Assembly (NCBI GenBank): GCA_025558095.1
Contig: JAIVFI010000028.1
Location: 186,001-250,000 of the forward strand
Source: Hyaloraphidium curvatum SAG 235-1
Lineage: Eukaryota > Fungi > Monoblepharomycota
Reading direction: 5' to 3'
Length of the DNA stretch: 64,000 bases
Shown: in pieces, positions 53,051 through 64,000 of the stretch
Numbering within the stretch: position 1 is the first letter of the stretch
Layout of the letters: each line of letters begins with the position of its first letter
Notes under the pieces: generated by a model
Told to the model about the DNA's origin: nothing
Seen by the model: the letters and a program-made list of their open reading frames with translations, nothing else
Databases searched by the model: none
Made by a program: the position numbers and the translations under genes

Positions 53051-54991
53051 ATGGCGAGGCGCAGCCGGGTTCCTGCGCCCGGGTTGCGGTCCGGGTCCGC
53101 TGCCGGCGCCACGTTCCTCCTGGCACTGGCGAACGCCAACTGCGCCTCCGCGGCCGGCGCAAGAGATACGGCGCACTCCACCATAGGAATGCTCGTCATT
53201 TTTTTCTACCTGCTGTGTGTGGTGGGAATTTTGTGCGGCAACGCCGAACTCCGCGAGCGGTCGAGGCTGGTGATCGTTACCGTGGCGTGCTGCGCCGGAT
53301 TGTTTTCATTCGGGTCTGCGCCCTCTGTGCCTGCTGACACCGCAATCAACGTGACGAAAGCCGCCGGGGCGGAACGGCTTCTGTGTGATGGCGATGATAT
53401 GCTGCTAGCGCGCATCAAAGATGCTGAACTTCTGCGGCAAGACGAACGGCTCGCAAGGATGCAGGCGCAATCGGCCCTTCAGGAGGCAGCCAAATCGCTG
53501 GATACCGCGACGGCCGAAAAGGACGAGTGCCTCGCCCGCATCGAGGACTGCGAGAACATGCTGAAGGAAGAGCAGCTCGCCAAAACGCAGGCAGAAGCAA
53601 CCCTGCAGCAGATGTCAAAATCCCTGGATACATTGCTGGGCAAGCTGGGACCCCTGCAGGCCGAGAGGGACGCATTGCTCTTGCGCAACAAGGACGCCGA
53701 GCTCCTGCTTAAGGACGAGCGATTCGCCAGGAAGAAAGCGTACTCAACTCTGCAGGAGACCGGAAGGTTGCTGGGGGAGTCCCGAAGGAACCGGGAGGCA
53801 TGCCAGGGCGATCTTTCCGCTGCCAAGCTCGAGTGCCGCAACCGAACCCGCATTGGATCTGCGTGCCCGATCGCAACGTTGCCGGACAGTGGCCTTACGA
53901 AAGCGCTAGCGAGTCTCGCATGGATGCTCGTCGCCGCCGGGGCCGGCGCCCTGGCTATGGCGATCGTACGGAGTGGTAACGAGCAGGGCCAAAACGCGCC
54001 GATGTCCGATCCATTTAGGAAAGACGCCGGCGTTCAAGCTTATCTTCCCCAGGAATCCGTGGAGGACACGGTGCGGGAGCCCCACCCATCCGCGGACTCG
54101 AACCACCTTGAGGAAGAGCTTGTGGTGCTGCATGCGCAAAGCCCCCCCTCCCCCCCCTATACCCCCGACCATATGAGTATGGTTGTCGGGAATGAATCCG
54201 GGGAACCCAACGATTCCTGCGTCGAAGATTCCGGCCGGGACCTTTCCAGTGAGGTGCCCGACGCTGCGCGTCTCGACGACGCCATCTTCTCCAACGAACC
54301 CAGTTCAAATGGCGAGCTTTTGGAAGCTCACACCATCGGAAGCTTCGCCGACTCGGCCCCAGCTCACGAAGAGCTGCCCACCGTTGCCCAAATGGAGTCG
54401 TTGCTTCTTGAAGTATCGACCAGGGAACACGAGGACTTCGTCTCGGAGCTGCAGGTGCGACTGGAGACCCTGGAAAGGAACATGGCCGATGCGTCTGCAA
54501 TGCAAGGTTGCGTAGCGGCCGAGAGCGAGGAGCTCCGAAAGGAAGTGCAGCGGCAGCGCGACTCTTCCAGCGCATCGGCTGCGCGGATCGCAAACCTGGA
54601 ATCGGAGCTCTTAAGTGCTCTTTCGCAATTGGAAAGGTGGGTTGACCAACGACGGGAGTCTTGTCGGAACCTGCTCAAAGGAACCTACCTCAGGTGCAAC
54701 GTCATGATTCCCAAAATCATGGACCGGATGCGTAACAAGCCCCAAGAGATCAGGGTGGTACCACGCAGCAAGACTGCACGCGCATCCAGCCCTGCGCCCG
54801 GCAAGGCCGGCAATCCGAGCGCCCCGAGCTGTCACCCTTCTGTTCTGAGCAATGAGGCGCTCCTCGCCGCGCTGGAGCAGGAAGTAGCGAATGCCGGCCA
54901 GCTAGAGCTCGACATCAGCGAGCGTTCACAAAGGACGGTGGCGGGAGATTTGATGAAGGCCATGTTCGGTGGCGCAAAGCACGCCAAGTAG
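53051..54991 (+). CDS. Membrane-anchored coiled-coil protein of unknown function
   Basis: Long ORF with hydrophobic segments and imperfect repeats LLARIKDAELLRQDERLAR / CLARIEDCENMLKEEQLAK / LLLRNKDAELLLKDERFAR. Confidence 0.55.
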   Translation: MARRSRVPAPGLRSGSAAGATFLLALANANCASAAGARDTAHSTIGMLVIFFYLLCVVGILCGNAELRERSRLVIVTVACCAGLFSFGSAPSVPADTAINVTKAAGAERLLCDGDDMLLARIKDAELLRQDERLARMQAQSALQEAAKSLDTATAEKDECLARIEDCENMLKEEQLAKTQAEATLQQMSKSLDTLLGKLGPLQAERDALLLRNKDAELLLKDERFARKKAYSTLQETGRLLGESRRNREACQGDLSAAKLECRNRTRIGSACPIATLPDSGLTKALASLAWMLVAAGAGALAMAIVRSGNEQGQNAPMSDPFRKDAGVQAYLPQESVEDTVREPHPSADSNHLEEELVVLHAQSPPSPPYTPDHMSMVVGNESGEPNDSCVEDSGRDLSSEVPDAARLDDAIFSNEPSSNGELLEAHTIGSFADSAPAHEELPTVAQMESLLLEVSTREHEDFVSELQVRLETLERNMADASAMQGCVAAESEELRKEVQRQRDSSSASAARIANLESELLSALSQLERWVDQRRESCRNLLKGTYLRCNVMIPKIMDRMRNKPQEIRVVPRSKTARASSPAPGKAGNPSAPSCHPSVLSNEALLAALEQEVANAGQLELDISERSQRTVAGDLMKAMFGGAKHAK

Positions 54992-55065
54992 TGTTGATGT
55001 TCGCGAGCGGAAAAGTTGCTGCGGGACGCGCGTCACCGCACTCGGACCGACAGCGCGGACTTCCG

Positions 55066-57169
55066 ATGGACGAGCCGGACGCCGACGAGCACTTTCTCCC
55101 GTTCACCGACGACGACGACCTCGCGTCGTTCGACCCCGACGCGTTCGACGAAGGCGACTTCCCCGACTTCCCCGGCGACGACGCGCTGGGGGACGCCGAC
55201 GGCGGCTTCGACGGGACCGACCCGGACGACGCCGACGCCGCGGGCCGCCATGGAAAAGATGCTCCTGAAGGGCAACACCGCGGACAGCCGGCCAGCCCGC
55301 CTCAGCGGCGTGGTTCCGCCCCTCAAACACCCGCCAAGCCGGCCGCCCGCAGCGCCCCCCCTGCCCTCCAGTCGCCGTCCCGCGGGCGCGCCATGGCGCA
55401 GGCGGACGAGTCGGCAATGGGCCGCGTGTTCGCCGCCACAAAGAGCGGCATGACCGGCGAAGGCCTGCCGCTGGAGGAGCAGAAGCGCATCGTCTACGAG
55501 GCGACAAAGGACTCGGCCTTCTTCAAGCAGCAGCAGAAGCAGGACGCGAAAAACACGGAGCTCGTCACCGCGCTCAAGAAGAAGGTTACCGGGTTCACGG
55601 ACGCGCAGCTGGCCGCGTCCAAGAAGCACACGGACGCGCTGCTCGAGGAGCTCGAGGCCACGCGGGACCTGTCGCGGACCATCGTGCACATGGACGCCGA
55701 CGCCTTTTACTGCAGCGTCGAGGAGCGGGACGACCCCAGCCTCAAGAGCAAGCCTTTTGCCGTCGGCATGACGACCGCAAAGTGGGTTTTCGCGCCCGAC
55801 GATACCGGCCTCCCTTGACGGCCGTGCCAGCTACGTCGCGCGCCGGTACGGCGTCCGCTCGGGGATGGCCCCCTTCGTCGCCAAGGCCCTCTGCCCCGAC
55901 ATCATCATCCTGCACCAGGACATGCGCAAATATGTCGCCGCGAGCAACGAGATCAAGAAAGTGCTCCTCAAGTACCTTTCGGAGGAGACGGAGCTGTCCA
56001 TGGCATCCATCGGTGGGCTTCTTCCCCTCCCACGTGCTGCTTGCCCTCCCGCTGAACCCTGCCGCCCACCAGACGAAGCGTACCTAGATATCACGCGATA
56101 CATGCGCGAGCACAACCTCTCGGCCTCGGCCGTCGTGCAAAAGATCCGCGAGGACGTCTTTGCCACCACCGGCCTGACCTGCAGCGCCGGTGTCGCCCCC
56201 AACAGGAGCCTGGCCAAGGTCGCCAGCGACCTGCGCAAGCCCAACGGGCAGTTCGAGGTGCCCCCCGACCGCGACACGATCCTGCAGTTCTACCGCGCGC
56301 TGGGGATCCGCAAGGTGCAGGGGATCGGCAGCGTCAACGAGCGGTTCCTCCGCGAGGCCTTCTCCATCGAGACCATCGCCGACATCGGGCCCAAGCTCCC
56401 GCACCTGTTCCTCGCGTGGGGACGGGAACACATCGGCTTCTACGCCGGCGTCTACCTCGGGCTGGGCTCCAACGTGGTGGTGCAGCACCACGATACCAAG
56501 AGCGTGAGCAGCGAGACGACGTTCAGGGCGCTGGGGCAGGGGCAGGAGCTGCTGGATCTCCTGAGGGGGAGGTGCGAAGCGGTGGCGGGGGAGCTGAAGG
56601 AGAACAACTGGAAGGGGCGGTGTGTGACGCTGGTCTGCAAGGTGGGCGATCAGCAGGTCCTTGCGATCCGGCAACACGTAATGATAGGCCGTCCACAGAG
56701 GGCCGACTTCCAGCGCTTCTCGCGGCAGCAGAACCTCCTCGCCGACGTCTGCGAGGCCGACGACATCTTCGACGTCGTCCGCCGCCTTCTCGAGAAGGAG
56801 TTCCGCGCCGACCCCCGCCTGCGCCTCCGTCTGATCGGCGCGCGCGTGAACCGGCTCAGCGGCCCCGGCACCGACGGTGGCGCCGGGGAGGACGACGCCG
56901 GCGGGGTGCAAAAGCGGATCGTGGACTACGCCCCCGCGGAGCAGCCGGCGCAGCCGAAGGAGGCGGTCGCGTGTCCAGTGTGCGGGGCGACTTTCGAGGC
57001 TGGGACGGCGGACGTGGTGGTCTCGTCGCACGTGAACCGGTGCCTGGACAAGGGCGGGGAAAAGAGCCCGGCGGGGGGGAAGAGGCCGCGGTCCGGGGAT
57101 GCGGGGAGGGCGGGCGGGAAGAAGAGGGCGCCGGACGGGCAGCGGTCGATTCTGGGGTTCTTCCGCTGA
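55066..57169 (+). CDS. POLK: DNA polymerase kappa (Y-family DinB), 4 exons
   Basis: IVHMDADAFYCSVE, TTAN|YVARRYGVRSGM (intron 55782-55830), SI|DEAYLD, LAKVASDLRKPNGQ, UBZ CPVC..HVNRCL, C-terminal PIP box QRSILGFF. Confidence 0.93.
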
Positions 57170-57258
57170 GCGGCCGCGTGGCATGCGCGGCGACAACTAC
57201 TGTCTTCGGGCTTTTGCGGCCCTTCTTTGGCTCTGGGCACTTGATCATGCTCTCTTTG

Positions 57259-60200
57259 TCACTCGTTGTGCAAATCGAACACTTCGATACCCTGCCCGAC
57301 AGCAACCAAAAGCTGATCGCCACTCGATTCCGCGGCCAGCAGCGCGCCTCCGTCCGCCACCACTGTGGCGCGCGAGGCAATGGGCTCCAGCGTGGCGAGG
57401 AACTCGTCGAGCTCCCAGAACCCCACGCGCCTGTCCGCCGTGAGCGCTGCCACTGAACGCTCGCCGACTAGCGCGACGCCCCGCACCGACGACTCCCCCG
57501 TGCCCCTGACCACGGTCCACTCGCGCTCCAGCTCCATGTCATCCAACCTGAACAGCGACAGCGTAATCTGCCCGTCGTCACCGCCCGTCGCCAGCGTCAG
57601 CTCGTCCGCGCGGACGCTAAGGGCCATGGCGTTGACCCCATTGCGGTGCAGGATCCAGTCCAGCAGCGGTTCTTCGGGGAGCAGCTTCACCGGGCCGATC
57701 TCGCCGGCCAGCGCGGCGCAGGGGCCGAGATCGAGGCACAGGATCCGTCCGTCCGTGGCTCCAGAGAAAGCGACAAGGGTTTCCGCGCCGGGTTCGCCGA
57801 CCTTTGCAAGTTGGCAGCTCAGCACGCACCGCTCGTGCAGATCGGTCCAGCAGACCTGGTCAAAGGCGCCGTCGCGGAACCGCCACAGGGCCACGATCCC
57901 GTCCGATCGCCCGACAAACACCGCCGCGCAGCCCGGCGCAACCTCGCGCGCCGATACGCAGGTGACACGCACGGGATCGCCCTCCCGCGGCGCCGTGGCG
58001 AGGCACACACCCGCGCGCAGGTCCCATGCGGAGAGCGAGCCCCGCTCACCGGCGGCGAATGCAATGCCGCCCGCGAGCGAGAGCCCGCGGACGGGACCGA
58101 GGGCGCGGTGCGAGGACAGAGGGAGGAGGCGACCGGGTGTGACGCAGGAGAGCCGGATGTCGCCGTCGTCGGCGCCCGTCGCAAGCAGGTCCGGGGGGAG
58201 GAACAGTGCCGCATTGGCCTTCATGGAGTGCAGTCCGGACCGCACAACGAGCTTCACAGCGCCGCCGTCCGCGTCGAGTTTCTGGATGTAGGTAAAGAGC
58301 GTTCCGGTCTTGAGGTAGCCAACATTCAGTTCCGTCCCGACAGCAGCGAGAGCGCATTGCCGATGCCTGCTGAGTCCGCCGGCGCGCTCCTCGAAGATGG
58401 TGCTCCCGGTAAAAGTGTCCTGGATCTGGAAACCCGAGGCGGGAAAGACCGCGGCGACGACCCGCCCGAGCGGTTCGGACAAATCCGAACGTAGCGAAAC
58501 GAAGCGATCGACCCGGCCGTCCAGCTTCTTGCCTCCCACGCATGCGAACGTGAGGTCCATATGCTCGTCCGGGTCGTCGTTCCCAATCTTCTCCGCGTGC
58601 AGCACTCGGGGACGTTCTCCGTCCTCATCGCCCGACTCTTTGTCCCCGTCCGCGGCATCGTTGGCCTTTCCGTCTCCAACCGCCCAAGCCCTCACCCACC
58701 CATCGCCACCTCCCGAGCACACGACCCCAATGTCCTGATCGAGCCAGCTCACAGCCTGCCCGCCATGCAGCCCGCGTACCACAAGCCGTGGTCCGGAATG
58801 GCCAGGGGCATACATGAGCAGATCGCCAGCTGCGTTGCCGACAAGAACGAGGTCACCATATGGCAGGAAGCACATGGGAAAGGAATGCGTGGATGGAGGG
58901 AGGAAGTTGTTCAGAAACTCGAGCGACGGCGGGTCAGTGCGGGATCGGAAAGTGGCAAAGGACCCAGAAACGGTATGTACGAAAGCTGTCAGCTGGCCGT
59001 CGACATCGCGCACGTGCAGTCCCGCAACTGGCGCGTCCAGGTCACATGAAGCACGGGCGGCGGAATACCAGGCGGTGTCAGACTCCGAGGGCAGCAAAAG
59101 CACGAGCTGTCCCGAATGGGAAGCCGCCAGCACTCCGCTCCCGCAAGCAGCGAGCCGCGCGTTGCCACCAAACAGGGCGTCGTGGCACACCATTGCCCAG
59201 TGCGAGTTCGCGGTTTGCCGAAAGAAAACGTAGCCGGCGTCGGTCGCGGCCACGACCTTGCCGCCGCCGAGCAAAGCAAAGCTCCGCACGGCATCAGGCC
59301 GCTTGTGCTCATGCCCAGCGACAGCGTAGCTCTCCCACGGCGGGAGAACGAAAGGATCCGGCTCCCTGGACCGGACGTCCAGTACACGCTTCACGTCCCA
59401 TACGCAGATTCCAGAGTCCGACCCGCCCGTCGCCAAAGTCCTGCCCGAAACGTCAACAGCAAGAGCCCAAACGTCGGGCTTGGCGTGTCCCGGCAGCACC
59501 GCCAGACACCGGCCGCCCGACAGAGAAGGATTCCAGATCCTGCAAGTCGCGTCCTCACCGGCCGAAGCCACGAGGTTCGGACCGAGGAAAGTGACCCTCC
59601 AAGCTCGGGACGGGTGCCCGTACATCGTCGCCTTGGGCTGGATTTCCTCCCCAATGTCGTCCACTTGTACGGGAATGTCGTAGCAGCGCACGGTACGGTC
59701 CTCCCCGCAAGACGCGAGGGCGGTTCCCGAAGCCGAAAAGGCCACCGAATGAACGGGGCCTTCGTGCCCCGACAGCTTCACCGGCGCCGCTTGCGAAGGC
59801 GACCACAAGAGGATTCCGTTGATGGCGGTACCCGCAGCGGCTCGTAGGTTGTCAAAAGCGGAGCCAAAGAGATGGCCGGAAAAGAGGAGACAAGGCTCCC
59901 CGCGCACGGTCCGCGTAACTTCCAGCGCGGAAGAGAGGAGGTGAATAGCATTGTGGGCGGTCAGAATGCCGATGCCATCATCCAAGAAGACAGCGTCGCA
60001 GATCCAGTCCTCCAATCTGGTGGCGTTCGTCGTCGGGAGGAGGGACGCGGGGTTCAAGGAGAGCGAGAAGAGGCGCAGGGCGCGTCCTCCGAAGACGACG
60101 AGCTCTCCAGCTGCCCTGCCGTCGCTCTGCCTTCCTCGAATACCGTGAACGCGGTCGGATGTGTCCGGAAACGCGTCGAATGAGCACAATGCCTCTTTGT

Positions 60201-60324
60201 CACCCGGAACGCGGAAAACCGAAACGAAGGAATCCTCCCCGGCGCATAAAGATCCGCCTTGACCATCGTCGAGAAAAGCTAATGCCGTTACTTGCGTTGC
60301 CGAAGCGCGCGGGACGAGCCTCAT
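57259..60324 (-). CDS. WDR6: WD40-repeat protein WDR6/Trm734-like (tRNA 2'-O-methyltransferase regulator)
   Basis: 1021 aa with many GH..WD repeats. Family-typical DWICD, CLLFSG..AAGT, GEDATCRIW, and C-terminal VADGGAL...VGQGIE. Confidence 0.75.
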   Translation of the reverse strand: MRLVPRASATQVTALAFLDDGQGGSLCAGEDSFVSVFRVPGDKEALCSFDAFPDTSDRVHGIRGRQSDGRAAGELVVFGGRALRLFSLSLNPASLLPTTNATRLEDWICDAVFLDDGIGILTAHNAIHLLSSALEVTRTVRGEPCLLFSGHLFGSAFDNLRAAAGTAINGILLWSPSQAAPVKLSGHEGPVHSVAFSASGTALASCGEDRTVRCYDIPVQVDDIGEEIQPKATMYGHPSRAWRVTFLGPNLVASAGEDATCRIWNPSLSGGRCLAVLPGHAKPDVWALAVDVSGRTLATGGSDSGICVWDVKRVLDVRSREPDPFVLPPWESYAVAGHEHKRPDAVRSFALLGGGKVVAATDAGYVFFRQTANSHWAMVCHDALFGGNARLAACGSGVLAASHSGQLVLLLPSESDTAWYSAARASCDLDAPVAGLHVRDVDGQLTAFVHTVSGSFATFRSRTDPPSLEFLNNFLPPSTHSFPMCFLPYGDLVLVGNAAGDLLMYAPGHSGPRLVVRGLHGGQAVSWLDQDIGVVCSGGGDGWVRAWAVGDGKANDAADGDKESGDEDGERPRVLHAEKIGNDDPDEHMDLTFACVGGKKLDGRVDRFVSLRSDLSEPLGRVVAAVFPASGFQIQDTFTGSTIFEERAGGLSRHRQCALAAVGTELNVGYLKTGTLFTYIQKLDADGGAVKLVVRSGLHSMKANAALFLPPDLLATGADDGDIRLSCVTPGRLLPLSSHRALGPVRGLSLAGGIAFAAGERGSLSAWDLRAGVCLATAPREGDPVRVTCVSAREVAPGCAAVFVGRSDGIVALWRFRDGAFDQVCWTDLHERCVLSCQLAKVGEPGAETLVAFSGATDGRILCLDLGPCAALAGEIGPVKLLPEEPLLDWILHRNGVNAMALSVRADELTLATGGDDGQITLSLFRLDDMELEREWTVVRGTGESSVRGVALVGERSVAALTADRRVGFWELDEFLATLEPIASRATVVADGGALLAAESSGDQLLVAVGQGIEVFDLHNE

Positions 60325-60682
60325 TCAGATCGGACGAGAGGAGCGCGGCAGCGCGTTGCGCGCGGGAAGACCACGCAAACCCCGATCCCCGATAGCCGCG
60401 CCCGCAGCCGCGAGACGTGCGGCCGAGTAGGCGAGATTCGTTCTCTGAGAACGTTAGGCTACGCATCACTGATTCCGAGGACAGATTCAGTACTCCGGGG
60501 GCCCTCGAGAGGACTCGTCCCCCTCTGATCCGACACCCGCGATTCTGGCCCACAAGAGCTTTTTGCTGCGTCTAGGCGCCTCGTCGACCTTCTCTGCTAC
60601 CTCCTGGGCCTCGACGTCCCGCCGCTGTGCTCCCCCCACCGGCCGCAAGCCCCTGTCTCGCGCGTCGCTCGTCTCCGACGCG

Positions 60683-60952
60683 ATGGCAGACCGACCCCGC
60701 ATCGCTACGCCACTCCCCGACGACCCCGACGACGAAGTCTCCGACAACTTCGGTGCCATGAACGAGATACATCCGAAGCAGCCGCTCGAGCGACAGGACT
60801 CGCACAAGCTCGACTTTCTGAAGAGCCCTACCTCCCCTCGTCACGAGACGCTGCCTTCGCCGAAGAAGGACGATCCACAGAAAGAGTGCGAGGAAGGAGA
60901 AGGGGCCGATATGGTCGGACCGGAGGTGACTATGGAGGGCAAGGGGATGTGA
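60683..60952 (+). CDS. Small hydrophilic hypothetical protein (possibly spliced)
   Basis: ATG-initiated ORF with host-like codon usage; no recognised motif. Confidence 0.3.
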   Translation: MADRPRIATPLPDDPDDEVSDNFGAMNEIHPKQPLERQDSHKLDFLKSPTSPRHETLPSPKKDDPQKECEEGEGADMVGPEVTMEGKGM

Positions 60953-61256
60953 CGAGGTAGACGTTCTGGAGCTCCCAGCTGATGCCGGGCCTCCAACTGT
61001 ACAGGATCTTGGATGTCATTGGATGATCAATGTCTTCTGCTACATTGGCAGTCATTCCGTCGTCGAAGCTCGATAATTCCGCGGTAGATTTGCCTGGGCC
61101 GTCCTTGCGTGCTGCGGTCGACCTTGCTGGAGGACGCGTCGTCCGGTCACGACAACTCCGCCTCCCCGCACCATCGGCGGCCTCCTGCCGCGTCCTGCAA
61201 CGTCCGCGGTGCTCCCTCTTTAAGCGCAGCCGCGCTCCCCCCGTATCTCCGCCGCC

Positions 61257-63208
61257 ATGGTGCGTGCCGGGTCCTCGCCCCCGCGACCCGCCTGACCCGT
61301 CCCCAACCCCCCGCAGCCGCCCTTCCTCCCGTTCCCGAAGGACGTCGAGGGCGAGTGCCGGCGCGCCGCGCGGTATCTCTACAAGGTCGCGCAGCCGGCC
61401 GAGTTCCAGGGCGTCATGTCGAAGGTGTCGGAGAAGGTCACCATCCCGCCCAACATCCTGAAGAACGCAAAGGGCATCGCGGTGTTCAAGGTGCTCAAGG
61501 GCGGCTTCATCTGGTCGGGCAGGATGGGCGCGGGGCTGGCGGTCGCCAAGCTGCCCGACGGGCGGTGGTCGGTGGGTGTCCCCCGGCCCCGGTGCTGAGG
61601 ACGCCCTGATCTCCCTTCGGCGGCGCCAACAGGCCCCCGCGACGTACGGTTTGCTCGGTGTCGGTGTCGGAGGGCAGATCGGAGGGCAGATGACCTACCT
61701 CGGTGGGATCCTGGAGCTCTCCAGGACAACAGTTCGCGTATCTGACTCGCGAGGCAGTGCTCATCCTCAACACTGACGGCGCCGTCACGGCTTTCAAGAC
61801 TCCCGGCAACATCACGCTCGGCGCCGATGTAGCCAGTGGGTCACCGTGCTGCACTCTTGCCTGTTGTCAGTCTGACCCCGACGTCCAACAGTCGCTGCTG
61901 GCCCCGTCGGCCGAGACGCGTCCGTCAACGGCGCCGTCTACGGATTCGCTCCCATTTTCTCCTACTCCAAGTCTGCCGGTCTCTTCGCAGGCGTCTCGCT
62001 GGAAGGCACCGTGATCATTGGTCGTCGGGACGCGGACTCCAAGTTCTACGGTGGGTTGAAGGGCATCCGGACCATTTGGTTCGCCTCTAATTGTGCGTCC
62101 AGGCCGCAAGATCAGCGCTTCGGAGATCCTTTCGGGCAAGGTGGAGCCGCCCATGGCCGCGAAGCCCCTGTACGAGGCCATCGCTCGCATCACCGAGGGC
62201 AACATTGAGGACGTCGGCGGGGACTCGGACGACGACGACGTCGGGAAGAAGGAGTGGGAGAACAAACAGAAGGAAAAGGAGCTCAAGAACCCGGACTACA
62301 ACGACCCGTCGAGGCAGGCATACGAGGTGTACACGCCCGGCGGACCTCCAACGGACGTCGAGCCCCAGGGGAACAGCATGACCCGTGCCATGCACTCGGT
62401 CACGGGCATGTTTCATCACAACAAGTCGACTCCGCCCCCGAATTCGGAGCAAGGCTACCAGGCATACGAGGCCTACGCCCCTGCGCCCCCCAAAAGCGGA
62501 ACGAGCAAACGCCCGCCCGTCGCCCCTCCCGAGCCCGAGGAGGAGCCCGAGCCGGCGCCGCCGCCGGCCTACGCCCCCCCTACGCGTTCTTCAACCGTCT
62601 CCAGCAACCCCTACGGGTCCAAGGCGGGCACCACGAGCAGGCGGGACGACCTCTATGGCTCTTCGGGATCCGGCACCACCGGGCGCCGCGACGATCTCTA
62701 CGGCGCACCCACCTCGGCCGCTGCGACCAGCAGCTATGCTCCTCCTCCGAAAACCACCACCTCGGGCGGGTACCAGCCCAAGGCCCCCGTACCTGCCTCG
62801 GGATACCAGCCGAAGGCTCCCACCCTGGCTTCGTCTGGCACGTCCGGCAGCACGATGAAGAAGCCGCCGCCGCCGCCGCCCAAGAAGCCGGACGCGCTCA
62901 GGGACAAGAAGGAGTACGTCGTGGCGTTGTGTGGGTTCTGAGCAGGTGTTGTCAGGCGAACTAGTCTGACTCGCCTCTTCCCACGGAATCCCACAGATCC
63001 GTTCGAAGCCGTCCAACCCGGCGACCTCGAGCTCGAGATGGGCGAGACCTACGAGGTGCTGGAAAAGACGCCGAGCGCGGACGGATGGTGGAAGGGACGG
63101 GCAAAGGACGGGCGGGAAGGGCTGGTGAGCTCATTTTCGCTGTCCTTCCGTGCCCTCGCTGACAGATGCCATATGCAGTTCCCGGGCAACTACACGCGCC
63201 CTGCATGA
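61257..63208 (+). CDS. YSC84: Ysc84/Lsb3/SH3YL1-like protein (SYLF domain + Pro-rich linker + SH3), multi-exon
   Basis: IPPNILKNAKGIAV..KGGFIWSGRMGAG..WS|AP, GGQIGGQ, YSKSAGLFAGVSLEG. SH3 VVAL|DPF..DGWWKG..GL|FPGNY. Confidence 0.88.
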
Positions 63209-63303
63209 GCATCACTGCGCCGCAACAAGACGGCAAGATGGAATGGATTGTGGGCCGGTGTGGGTATTGTCCAGTCGTTTTGACCAATACACAATTGCAT
63301 ACA

Positions 63304-64000
63304 TCACCATGCCTTAGTTCTCGAGAACGAAACTTCGAACGCCGTCCGGTCCGGGATCTCGCCGTACCCCGACAGCGGAGCCCTCTTCGTGACGCGGCGG
63401 TCCGTCACCTCCACTCCCTCCCTCTGGACGAGCCAGAGCATCGCCGGGACGGTATCCAGCTCGCCCCGCTCCGGGCCCGGAGCCGAGCCGGTGATCGACT
63501 CCAGCCTCGGAAAACGGGAACCGAGGAACGACGGGAGCAGGTGGAGGGTGGCCTCCTTGCCGAGGAGCTCGACCCGTTCCAGACGCTCGAGGGACAAGTC
63601 GGGAACGTACGGCTTCGGAATCGGAGGAAGCTTGTACCCGTATGCAGGGTCCTGCGCCGGGGTGACGCGCAGCGTGGCGGAGCGCAGGGAAGGAAGCGCC
63701 GCGAGGGAACGAAACACGGTGGGTCGGAACCCGGCGTCGCCGGCCGATAGATCCGGAAAGGTCCAATCGAGGCTGCTGATCTGCCATGGAGCACCGACGG
63801 AAGGAAGCGAGGCGAGATCCAGGATGTGCAAAATCGAAAGGGAGAGGCAACGCGGGAAGAGTTCGACGAGCAGGGAGGACGGGATGGGTTCCGAACTGAC
63901 GATGCTGGAGAGCTCGGTCCGCGAGCGCGAGCGATCCGATGGGACTGACTCGCACGCTAGCGAAAGCGAAGTGAGTTCCGTAAAGCGAGCAGGGATGCTG
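63304..64000 (-). CDS. LRR-like hypothetical protein, 5' end beyond the window
   Basis: Open frame runs to the window edge with LxxLxL units (LTSLSL, CLSLSILHI, LPSLRSATL, LERLERVEL, FPRLESI). Confidence 0.45.
   Translation of the reverse strand, partial: SIPARFTELTSLSLACESVPSDRSRSRTELSSIVSSEPIPSSLLVELFPRCLSLSILHILDLASLPSVGAPWQISSLDWTFPDLSAGDAGFRPTVFRSLAALPSLRSATLRVTPAQDPAYGYKLPPIPKPYVPDLSLERLERVELLGKEATLHLLPSFLGSRFPRLESITGSAPGPERGELDTVPAMLWLVQREGVEVTDRRVTKRAPLSGYGEIPDRTAFEVSFSRTKAW

Noticed and set aside
1-64000. rRNA, tRNA, CRISPR arrays, transposase or reverse-transcriptase genes
   Set aside because: None were recognised by eye. tRNAscan-SE/Infernal and a repeat library search would be needed to exclude them.

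Overview
This window is GC-rich, gene-dense eukaryotic DNA with many short (about 50-70 nt) GT-AG introns. The gene set (mL38/PEBP, Pol kappa, WDR6/Trm734, Ysc84-SH3, GT34, YOL075C-type ABCG, expanded MYND proteins) points to a fungus, probably an early-diverging chytrid or monoblepharid such as Hyaloraphidium. That assignment is inference only. The standout feature is an 8.5 kb intronless cassette at 38752-47280. Two inverted copies of a bacterial-type MurA-MurB fusion gene, with catalytic residues intact and no targeting peptide, enclose three paralogous GT2 glycosyltransferases that carry eukaryotic signal-anchors and conserved N-glycosylation sequons. Each MurAB copy sits head-to-head with a GT. 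This suggests a eukaryotic pathway that makes UDP-MurNAc (or a related lactyl-ether sugar) and transfers it to a secretory or cell-wall glycan, with no MurC-F in the window. Other notable items: a DddD-like tandem CoA-transferase, a pseudo-OTU plus dynamin-like GTPase, a GRL/7TM-ion-channel-like membrane family with two 3' relics, duplicated PRISE-like reductases with a gene-conversion tract, two haloalkane dehalogenases plus a relic, and several frameshifted MYND and F-box-like pseudogenes. All annotation is from motif recognition by eye; no searches were run.
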